A stretch of DNA of 32,000 bases from Candidatus Nitrospira inopinata (GTDB lineage: Bacteria; Nitrospirota; Nitrospiria; Nitrospirales; Nitrospiraceae): contig NZ_LN885086.1 of the NCBI RefSeq assembly GCF_001458695.1, positions 600,001 to 632,000 of the forward strand. The letters are read 5' to 3'. A program made the position numbers and the translations under genes. The notes under the pieces are model-generated. The model ran no database searches, was not told where the DNA came from, and saw only the letters and a list, made by a program, of their open reading frames with translations. Shown piece by piece: positions 1 to 6,670 of this stretch. How positions within the stretch are numbered: position 1 is the stretch's first letter; each line of letters opens with the position of its first letter.

Positions 1-830
1 GCATCGGTCGGTTTTCCGCCCTTCGGCCAATCATGAATTTTTTTAGGAAAGTCCGGGCGCGGCCGGCTGTCAATGTAGGCCGCCACGTCGAACGCCTCCT
101 CGTCCGTGATCGACCATCCTCGCCCACGCGGCATATTGGCCTTGATGAAGGACGCAGCCACGCTGACTCTCGCCATGTCCGAGCCGATCGTATAGGAGCG
201 AGGGCCCCACACCGGCGGCGCCGCCATGGCCCCTTGCCCATCGGCGCCATGGCAAAAGGCGCATTTCTTTTCATAGACGACTTTGCCCTTCGCGACGTCC
301 GGAGCCCTCACCGGCGTGATGGGCGGGAGTCCTCGCCAAGGCACGGAACTGCCACGCGGGACATTCTTCGACAACCAGTCGATGTAGGCGACGATTGCCG
401 ACAGCTTCGTGCTGTCCGCCGGAAGCGCCGTCCCATTCATGTTCCGCTCGAAACAGTCGTTGATTTGGTCGATAAGCGTCACCCGCCGTCCCGCCCGTTC
501 TCGGTATTCCGGATAGAGGATGCTGATCCCGACGAACGAGAGCGCGTTGGGATGAAGCCCGGCCTCGAGATGGCAATTGGTACAGTTGAGCCCATTGCCG
601 ACGTACCGTTTCCCATACTGCTGCGTATCGACCACCATCAGGTAGCCCATCCGAATATCCTCGCCCCGCAAATCACCAGGAATCGTGTCCGGGGATGGAG
701 GCAGAAACAAGGGATGGATGTCCGCCCCCGGCGGTTCCCTCTGTCCTCCAACCTGGGCCGACGGGATACACCCACCGACCAGCAGAATCAGACCAAAAAC
801 CACGACGCCAACGCCCCTCTGTTCGCTCAC
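1..830 (-). CDS. Diheme c-type cytochrome, TsdA-like (thiosulfate dehydrogenase family). The 3' end runs off the window.
   Basis: This ORF is missing from the track because it has no stop codon inside the window. I translated the minus strand by hand from GTG at 830, which has GAGG 8 nt upstream. The product reads MSEQRGVGVVVFGLILLVGGC (lipoprotein-like signal) ...GNGLNCTNCHLEAG...LIDQINDCFERNMNGTALP...AYIDWLSKNV...GKVVYEKKCAFCHGADG...FIKANMPRG...DFPKKIHDWPKGGKPTD. It has two CxxCH heme motifs, a conserved Cys 39 residues after the first heme His, and no stop down to position 1. Confidence 0.65.
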   Translation of the reverse strand, partial: MSEQRGVGVVVFGLILLVGGCIPSAQVGGQREPPGADIHPLFLPPSPDTIPGDLRGEDIRMGYLMVVDTQQYGKRYVGNGLNCTNCHLEAGLHPNALSFVGISILYPEYRERAGRRVTLIDQINDCFERNMNGTALPADSTKLSAIVAYIDWLSKNVPRGSSVPWRGLPPITPVRAPDVAKGKVVYEKKCAFCHGADGQGAMAAPPVWGPRSYTIGSDMARVSVAASFIKANMPRGRGWSITDEEAFDVAAYIDSRPRPDFPKKIHDWPKGGKPTD

Positions 831-840
831 AATCACAACC

Positions 841-1059
841 TCACTTCTTGGCATCGGACGACGGTCGGCACGTATTGATGCCCAACAGCGCCGTGAGCGG
901 ACAATATTGGATCGCCCCTGTCACGAGCAACACGACTCCCACTGTCAACGTGATGCCCATTCCCACCGGAGGCAATTCCGCGAGCGCCCCGACTCCGATC
1001 AATAATAACCCCATGACAATGCGGATGGGCCTTTCAATTCCTCCGACGTTACAGGTCAT
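841..1059 (-). CDS. DUF2892 (YgaP-like transmembrane domain) small membrane protein
   Basis: The 72-aa product has two hydrophobic helices (IVMGLLLIGVGALA, GVVLLVTGAIQYCPL) and a conserved Cys. A strong SD (AAGGAGGAG) lies upstream of ATG 1059. The stop is 10 nt before the next gene start. Confidence 0.7.
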   Translation of the reverse strand: MTCNVGGIERPIRIVMGLLLIGVGALAELPPVGMGITLTVGVVLLVTGAIQYCPLTALLGINTCRPSSDAKK

Positions 1060-1085
1060 GACGCTCCTCCTTGCAAAAGAGTATC

Positions 1086-1101
1086 GGGGGAAACACCCCC
1101 C
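1086..1101 (-). other. Intercistronic G5/C5-6 hairpin between the cytochrome c and DUF2892 genes
   Basis: The plus strand reads ggggg-aaaca-cccccc. On the mRNA strand it is followed by gatactctttt. The role could be attenuator or mRNA stabiliser and is unknown. Confidence 0.3.
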
Positions 1102-1148
1102 TTTCTTCTCGGCCTATGAGAGACACCATTTGACGAATGGATTCATCC

Positions 1149-1529
1149 TCACGGACGCGCGTCGGATTCCGCGCCGAGCGTTCGCACATAGGCCACGACA
1201 TCCCAAATTTCTTCATCGGACAGCGCGTGTTGCCACGCTCCCATGGCCGTGTTGGGTTTGCCTCCGTGGATGCGTGTGAACAGCCCTCCATCAAGACGAT
1301 TCTGAACGGCGGCGGAGGTCAGATCGGCCGGCGGCGGCACGAGATTGACGCCCGTCTTCCCTTTCCCATCAATACCATGACAACGCATGCACGTATTCAC
1401 GTAAATTTCCCGCCCACTGACCGGATCGCCCTTGAGAGCGGCGCCAAGCTCTCTGACCGTCGGCCTTCCGGCAAACCCAGCCACCAGGATTCCGATGACC
1501 AGAATAAGCCATCCCTTCCTGCCTCGCAC
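1149..1529 (-). CDS. Monoheme class I c-type cytochrome, membrane anchored
   Basis: It has a CMRCH heme motif and a downstream Met ligand region (GGKPNTAMGAW). The track ORF starts at GTG 1601. GTG 1529 is preceded by GACAGGAGGGAGCCG (strong SD) and gives an N-terminal anchor MRGRKGWLILVIGILVAGFAG, so I prefer the shorter start. Confidence 0.8.
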   Translation of the reverse strand: MRGRKGWLILVIGILVAGFAGRPTVRELGAALKGDPVSGREIYVNTCMRCHGIDGKGKTGVNLVPPPADLTSAAVQNRLDGGLFTRIHGGKPNTAMGAWQHALSDEEIWDVVAYVRTLGAESDARP

Positions 1530-1623
1530 CGGCTCCCTCCTGTCTTCTCCTGAGGCCCTCGTGCGAGCAGTGTGCCACAACGATCCGTCTCGCCTTTTCA
1601 CAAGATGCTTTCACAGGCAAGCA

Positions 1624-1651
1624 TTTGAACTGATCTTTTTGAACTGATCAT
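1624..1651. repeat. Two tandem copies of a 14-bp AT-rich unit (tttgaactgatctt / tttgaactgatcat)
   Basis: Read directly from the sequence, with 13/14 identity. It lies about 95-120 nt upstream of the preferred cytochrome c start. A 6-bp hairpin (atgctt-N8-aagcat on the mRNA strand) lies at 1607-1626, partly overlapping the first copy. Confidence 0.85.
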
Positions 1652-1782
1652 GGAGCTGTCATGGAACCCCAAAGGAATCGTCACTGGCGCGAATGGCCAC
1701 AGAGCCCATTTCGCCGCTGGCGCAGGATGCGACAGCTCTCGTTAAGAAAAACGTATCAGCTTAATTTAAGACAAGCCGCACC

Positions 1783-1811
1783 TTGACAAAAGAGCGTCAG
1801 ACCCAGATATT
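1783..1811 (+). promoter_or_regulatory. Candidate sigma70-type promoter for the methyltransferase-like ORF
   Basis: TTGACA (1783-1788), an exactly 17-nt spacer, then GATATT (1806-1811). It sits inside an AT-rich patch about 140 nt upstream of the ORF at 1949. Confidence 0.4.
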
Positions 1812-1948
1812 GCGGACATTCCCGACTGAGAAGTCTTGGAGTAGGATTGATGCATCACCGGCTACAGGTGGAGCCCTTCGGCGATTTCCGTTACCAGCCA
1901 AGTGGCACGACGCAGCCGTCACGGTCATCCGGCTGAGCGGCATGTAGA

Positions 1949-2641
1949 GTGGAAGACAGGACGCTCAACGCTCTGGACGATTATCAGGTTCCTGGCAGCA
2001 GTCGCTCCATGAAATTGGTGAAATCCAAACAGCGCGTCGCCGATCACGGAGAGGTGTTCACCCCCGCATGGATGGTCGAAGCCATGCTCGACCTCGTCAA
2101 GAGCGAGACCGAGCGCATCGATTCGCGCTTTCTGGAGCCGGCCTGCGGGAGCGGAAATTTCCTCGTGCGCATCCTGAGCCGCAAGCTCGCCGCCGTCGAA
2201 CTCAAGTTCGGGAAGTCCGACTTTGAAACGCGGCACTACGCGCTGTTCGCGCTGATGTGTTGCTACGGAATCGAGTTGCTGGCGGACAACATCGCCGAGT
2301 GCCGCGCGAATATGCTGGAGATTCTCGCCGACTATCTGGGCATCGAGGAATCGGATGACCTGTATCGGGCCGCCTCCTACGTGCTGTCGCAGAACCTCGT
2401 GCATGGCGACGCGCTGACCATGCGCACGCATGACGGCCGACCCATCGTCTTTGCCGAATGGGGTTACCTCGGCAAGGGGAAGTTCCAGCGGCGCGACTTC
2501 CGCCTCGACGTGCTCACCCAGAGTGCGGCATGGTCCGAGGAAGGCACGCTTTTCGCCCAACTTGGGAAGCACGAGATTTTTACGCCGGTCAAAACCTATC
2601 CACCGATGACGGTGCGCGAGCTGGCGACCGTGCCAGGGTAG
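1949..2641 (+). CDS. DNA methyltransferase-like protein with an intact SAM-binding motif and no recognisable catalytic motif IV
   Basis: The 230-aa product contains GEVFTPAWMVEAMLDLV (motif X-like), FLEPACGSGNFL (motif I), YGIELLADNIAECRANM and NLVHGDAL. No (D/N/S)PP(Y/F/W) tetrapeptide occurs anywhere; the region where it would be expected reads FRLDVLTQSAAW. The start is GTG 1949 or ATG 2009, and neither has a good SD. Confidence 0.6.
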   Translation: MEDRTLNALDDYQVPGSSRSMKLVKSKQRVADHGEVFTPAWMVEAMLDLVKSETERIDSRFLEPACGSGNFLVRILSRKLAAVELKFGKSDFETRHYALFALMCCYGIELLADNIAECRANMLEILADYLGIEESDDLYRAASYVLSQNLVHGDALTMRTHDGRPIVFAEWGYLGKGKFQRRDFRLDVLTQSAAWSEEGTLFAQLGKHEIFTPVKTYPPMTVRELATVPG

Positions 2642-2757
2642 GTGGCCGGAACACCATCGTACAGGGACGAAACATGACGACCGTGGCAGCCTCTGTTCCT
2701 GTATTGCGCTGGGCGGCGACAAGCGCATGTTGGAAGATATGGATGCTCGATTCAAAG

Positions 2758-2795
2758 CCCCTCTCCCCTCGCGGGAGAGGGGTTGGGGAGAGGGG
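2758..2795. repeat. G/C-rich palindromic element with one left arm and two alternative right arms
   Basis: cccctctccc (2758-2767) is perfectly complementary to gggagagggg (2773-2782) across a 5-nt loop. cccctctcccc (2758-2768) is also perfectly complementary to ggggagagggg (2785-2795). The second right arm overlaps the GAGG/GGAG ribosome-binding site of ATG 2802. Confidence 0.85.
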
Positions 2796-2801
2796 AGACG
2801 A

Positions 2802-3955
2802 ATGAACGGCCAAGCCCCCTTCACCCTGCGCGGCCGCAATCCGGATGTGCTCACCTGCATCGCCAACCTCTCGAACGACGAGGTGTTCACCCCGCCCGAG
2901 TTCGCCAACCGCATGCTGGACACACTGGCCCAAGCCTGGGCGGCGAGCCACGGCGGGGCGAACCTCTGGGCGGACAAGACCGTCAAGTTCCTCGACCCCT
3001 GCACCAAGTCCGGCGTGTTTCTGCGCGAGATCACCCGCGGCTGGTGGAGGGGCTCAAAGAGGAAATCCCCGACCTGCAAGCCCGCGTCAACCACATTTTG
3101 ACGAAGCAGGTGTTCGGCATCGGCATCACCCATCTCACCGCCATGCTCGCGCGGCGCAGCCTGTATTGCAGCAAGCACGCCAAGGGCCCGCATTCGATCG
3201 CCAAGGGGTTCAAGAGCGATGCGGGCAACATCTGGTTCGAGCGGCTGGAGCACACGTGGCAGGACGGCAAGTGCACCTATTGCGGGGCCAGCCAGGCCAC
3301 GCTGGATCGTGGCGAGGGGCGGGAAACCCATGCCTATGCGTTCATCCACACCGACGACATCAAGGCTCGCATGGCCGAGCTGTTTGGAGGCGATATGCAA
3401 TTTGACGTCATCATCGGCAATCCGCCGTATCAGTTGGACGACGGGGGCTATGGCAAGAGCGCCGCACCGATTTACCATTTGTTCGTCGAGCAGGCCAAGA
3501 AGCTCGAACCGCGCTACCTTTCGCTCGTGATTCCTGCGCGGTGGTTTGCGGGCGGCAAAGGCCTCGACAAATACCGCGAGCGGATGCTTTCCGACCGGCG
3601 CCTGCGAAAGCTCGTGGATTACCCGAAGCTGTACGAGGGCTTTCCCGGCGTCAAGATTCGCGGCGGGATTTCCTACTTTCTGTGGGACCGGGACCACAAC
3701 GGCCCGTGCGAGGTACAAACCATCTGGGACGGCCAGCCGACGGGGCCGGCTGTGGCACGCTACCTCGACGCCTACGACATCCTCATTCGGCGCAACGAGG
3801 CCGTGCCGATTCTGGAAAAGGTCCGGGCAAAGGGTGAACCCACTCTGGACTCACGTGTGTCGAGCCGTAAGCCATTCGGATTCCCTACCAACTTTCACGG
3901 CAAGCCAGCCCCAAAAGGCCTGAAGAAACCCGTCAAGCTCTACGGTTCGCAGAAC
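2802..3955 (+). pseudogene. Eco57I-like (gamma-class) N6-adenine DNA methyltransferase, frameshifted and 3'-truncated
   Basis: The first frame reads MNGQAPFTLRGRNPDVLTCIANLSNDEVFTPPEFANRMLD...FLDPCTKSGVFLREITR. The sequence continues in another frame as RLVEGLKEEIPDLQARVNHILTKQVFGIGITHLTAMLARRSLYCSKH...FDVIIGNPPYQLDDGGYGKSAAPIYHLF (motif IV NPPY)...GFPTNFHGKPAPKGLKKPVKLYGSQ. The frame switch is at about 3036-3040, where acc cgc ggc tgg is found and acc cgc cgg ctg would keep the frame. Methyltransferase-like sequence ends near 3955. From memory of the family, the usual C-terminal domain is missing. Confidence 0.75.
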
Positions 3956-3962
3956 CTTCCCC

Positions 3963-5071
3963 ATGCGCGCCGAGCAGCGCGCGGCCGTCGAAAAGACCCA
4001 CGCCTACTTCCACTCGATCTGGAAGGAGGACATGCACGCGGTGCCGCGCTTTTTGTGGAACGCCAAGATGCGCTTCGGCAAGACCTTCGCCACCTATCAA
4101 CTGGCGAAGAAGCTCGGCGCCAAGCGCGTGCTGGTGGTGACCTTCAAGCCCGCGGTGGAGGATGCCTGGCAGAGCGACCTCGAATCCCACGCGGACTTCG
4201 ACGGCTGGCAGTATCTCTCGCGCAGCTTGGGCCGCGACCCGACGAAGGTTTCCACTAGAAAACCGCTCGTCTATTTCGGCTCGTTTCAGGACCTCTTGGG
4301 CCGCGACGCGGCGGGCAACATCAAGCCGAAGAACGAATGGCTGCACAAGGTGAAGTGGGACCTCGTGGTGTTCGACGAGTATCACTTCGGCGCCTGGCGC
4401 GAGACCGCGCAGGAGCTGTTCGAGGGCGAGGAAGAGGCGGTGGCCAGAAAGGAAGCGACGCTCGAATACACCGCCGGGCTGGCGGACATGAACGAGGACC
4501 TCGCCGTGCTCTCGGGAAAAGAGACCGAGTTCCTGCCCATCACCACCCGGGCCTATCTCTATCTTTCCGGCACGCCGTTCCGGGCGCTGGCCACGGGCGA
4601 GTTCGGCGCGCACTCGGCAACAACATCATCGAGACCATCATCAACAAGAGCGAGAAGGTCAAGGCGCTCAGGAACAAGGCCAAGGACCGCGAACTGACGG
4701 AGAAGCAGAAGAAGCAGCTCACCGAGGAGGAGAAGGAATACAAATCCAAGCGCAAGCTGGTTCAGGAAAAACTCATCAAATTCGCCACGCGCATCCCGGC
4801 CTTCATGTACCTGACCGACTTCCGGGAAAACACCTTGCAGGATGTCATCACCAAGCTGGAACCGGATTTGTTTCTCGCCGTCACCGGCCTCACGGTGAAG
4901 GACTTCCATCTTTTGGTGCGGCTCAAGGTCTTCAACACCGAACAGATGAACCAAGCGGTGTTCGCATTCCGGCGGTATGAAGACGCCTCGCTGCGTTACA
5001 CCGGCATCGAGAGCCATCCGGGACTGACTCACTATGGCCTCTACGACACCGTAGTGGCGCGGGAGTCATAA
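3963..5071 (+). pseudogene. ResIII/DExH-box helicase (restriction subunit-like) remnant: N-terminal ATPase lobe joined out of frame to the C-terminal tail
   Basis: The first frame (3963 to about 4604) reads RAEQRAAVEKTHAYF...NAKMRFGKTF (Walker A)...VVFDEYHFG (DExH)...LYLSGTPFRALATGEF (motif III). A different frame (about 4610-5071) reads LGNNIIETIINKSEKVKALRNKAKDRELTEKQKKQLTEEEKEYK...IPAFMYLTDFRENTLQDVI...RYEDASLRYTGIE, then stop. No helicase motifs IV-VI occur in any frame, which implies a large internal deletion near 4604-4612. Confidence 0.7.
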
Positions 5072-5221
5072 ACGAGCGGCTGCTCGCTTCAGCCTTGCGG
5101 GGCGTCCGATTGAATCCGCTCTTCTACAGACACAGAGGAGATGATCGGAAATACCGTCTTGATTGCACGTTCATCCCGAGCATGCCATGCTGAAGCAACC
5201 GACTTCAGCGTTGGATGGACG

Positions 5222-5581
5222 ATGACCTGGCGCGACCCCCCATATGTGCCCTTCGGCGCCTCCTTCTTGGGCGGTCTCTTGGCCTGTCTGGCCGTTTCCA
5301 TGGCCACGGGACGAAGAGAAGCCTGGGATTCCGGCGCCTACTTCTCTGTCGGCATTCCGATCATGTGCGTCGTGATCTTTGTCATCGCCTATCGCTTTCC
5401 CGATCGCCCCTGGCGATGGGTCCTAAGCATGGCGGCCGGCCAGGCACTCGCGCTCGCAATGGCCGGCAATTCGCTGTCGCTGTGGCCGCTCTCTCTGGTC
5501 GCCATCACGATCCTGTCCGTTCCCCAATTCATCGTCGGTTCGTGGGCCGGCAAATTGGCGATCAGGAAGAACGGGGGCTGA
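5222..5581 (+). CDS. Hypothetical small integral membrane protein (about 4 TM segments)
   Basis: The track ORF is 5141-5581. The hydrophobic coding-like part begins at ATG 5222 (MTWRDPPYVPFGASFLGGLLACLAV...). Third-position GC is high, and I recognise no family. Confidence 0.45.
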   Translation: MTWRDPPYVPFGASFLGGLLACLAVSMATGRREAWDSGAYFSVGIPIMCVVIFVIAYRFPDRPWRWVLSMAAGQALALAMAGNSLSLWPLSLVAITILSVPQFIVGSWAGKLAIRKNGG

Positions 5582-5609
5582 CGAGGAACCCGCAGCTCCG
5601 TGCTTTTTT
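5574..5609 (+). terminator. Possible rho-independent terminator after the plus-strand block
   Basis: ggggctg (5574-5580) pairs with cagctcc (5593-5599) as 7 bp including one G-U, with a 12-nt loop. It is followed by gtgc and a T6 run (5604-5609). Confidence 0.35.
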
Positions 5610-5655
5610 CTCCAAGAACGATTGAGGAAGCAAGCAATGAGAAAACCCGGGCTGA

Positions 5656-6090
5656 CTACCGGATCACCGGCTCCAAGGTCACGGTGGCCTTCATCGAGTT
5701 CGAAATCAGACAGTTGGCCTCGGCCTTTTCGATCAATTCCTTGGCCTTGCCGGCGTCGGCGCCCGGCTGTAACGTGATCGTCGGTTTCAGCGTGATGGCG
5801 GTGAACTGAAACTTGCCCTCTACCAATTCAAGCTTCCCTTCGGCATCGCTCTCGTACGATGAAAAGGCCAATCCGGCCCGTTCGGCAAACGCCAGGAACG
5901 TGGTCATGAGACAGATGTTCGCCGAAGCGACGAAGAGATCTTCCGGCGACCAGATGTTGGGGTGTCCCTTAAATTCGGGGGGGGTCGCCACCTCGACGTC
6001 CGGCTTTCCCGCGCAAGACATGATCCCCTTGCGCTGTGCCGTCCATCGCACGGTCGTTTGGTAGACATACACCTTGCTTCGCACGTCCAT
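5656..6090 (-). CDS. OsmC/Ohr family peroxiredoxin-like protein
   Basis: The 144-aa product reads TVRWTAQRKGIMSCAGKPDVEVATPPEFKGH...SPEDLFVASANICLMTTF...AEANCLISNS, with the two conserved Cys. The SD is GGAGG. Confidence 0.85.
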   Translation of the reverse strand: MDVRSKVYVYQTTVRWTAQRKGIMSCAGKPDVEVATPPEFKGHPNIWSPEDLFVASANICLMTTFLAFAERAGLAFSSYESDAEGKLELVEGKFQFTAITLKPTITLQPGADAGKAKELIEKAEANCLISNSMKATVTLEPVIR

Positions 6091-6112
6091 GTTTACCTCC
6101 GATGAAGTGTCC

Positions 6113-6126
6113 GGTTGTCGGTTGTC
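6113..6126. repeat. Heptamer tandem repeat (ggttgtc x2) in the osmC-like 5' leader
   Basis: Read directly from the sequence. The 12-nt core gttgtcggttgt (6114-6125) is identical to 8435-8446. It lies 23-36 nt upstream of ATG 6090. Confidence 0.85.
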
Positions 6127-6162
6127 AGTGAGCCATGGAGCTTCTCGTGATGGAGTCCTACG

Positions 6163-6645
6163 CTAGTCCCCTTCCAAACGTCCCTGAATCCAATCGCCCA
6201 AACCATGCGTGATGGCCACCACGCAGAGGGCGATGAAGAGATGTTCTCCGATCGCCTTCCACGGCGAAATCCCCTGCACTCTCGCCACGAAGAAACTGAT
6301 GGCCGCGAGCAGCGCCAATCCCCAGACCACGCTGATCACCACCGCTTGATCGAGCGGGTGGGTCAGCACCGGCACAGCAAAGGTCCCCGCGATCACAAAC
6401 TTCGCGACAAACGTCGCCAGTGTCGCTTCCCATACGGCACGAGCCGGTTGGGTATGTTTCGCTTCTTCGGCCAGATGGATGCCCATGGCATCGGACAGGG
6501 CGTCCGCCACGGCGATCGTCACAATCCCGCCGAGCACGGCGGTTTTCGAGTGGGTGCCCGCATGGAGGCCCACCAGCAGACCGAGCGTCGTGATGACGCC
6601 CGACGTCGTTCCGAAACTCAAACCGGTTTTCCAAGCCGCATTCAT
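6163..6645 (-). CDS. VIT1/CCC1-family (short form) putative Fe/Mn transporter
   Basis: The 160-aa product reads GLSFGTTSGVITTLGLLVGL...AVADALSDAMGIHLAEE... plus further TM helices. Confidence 0.7.
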   Translation of the reverse strand: MNAAWKTGLSFGTTSGVITTLGLLVGLHAGTHSKTAVLGGIVTIAVADALSDAMGIHLAEEAKHTQPARAVWEATLATFVAKFVIAGTFAVPVLTHPLDQAVVISVVWGLALLAAISFFVARVQGISPWKAIGEHLFIALCVVAITHGLGDWIQGRLEGD

Positions 6646-6670
6646 GTAAGGTCATCGTCCGGGAATCCGA

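Noticed and set aside
33-878. 281-aa plus-strand ORF at the left edge
   Set aside because: It is antisense to the TsdA-like diheme cytochrome gene, which has two CxxCH motifs, a signal peptide and an SD. The plus-strand translation is Arg-rich and featureless.
3030-3045. Programmed frameshift or phase-variable switch in the methyltransferase
   Set aside because: There is no homopolymer, short tandem repeat or slippery heptamer at the frame change (acccgcggctgg). The downstream gene also carries large deletions. Simple mutational decay or a sequencing error is the more economical explanation.
1925-3718. 597-aa minus-strand ORF covering the methyltransferase region
   Set aside because: It is antisense to clearly motif-bearing plus-strand sequence (FxGxG, NPPY). 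Its translation is Arg/Ala/Gly-rich and low in complexity, with no recognisable motifs. This is typical of a shadow ORF in GC-rich DNA.
5089-5307. 72-aa minus-strand ORF between the helicase remnant and the membrane protein
   Set aside because: It has no SD and no motifs. It overlaps the better-supported plus-strand membrane ORF and has a basic, low-complexity composition.
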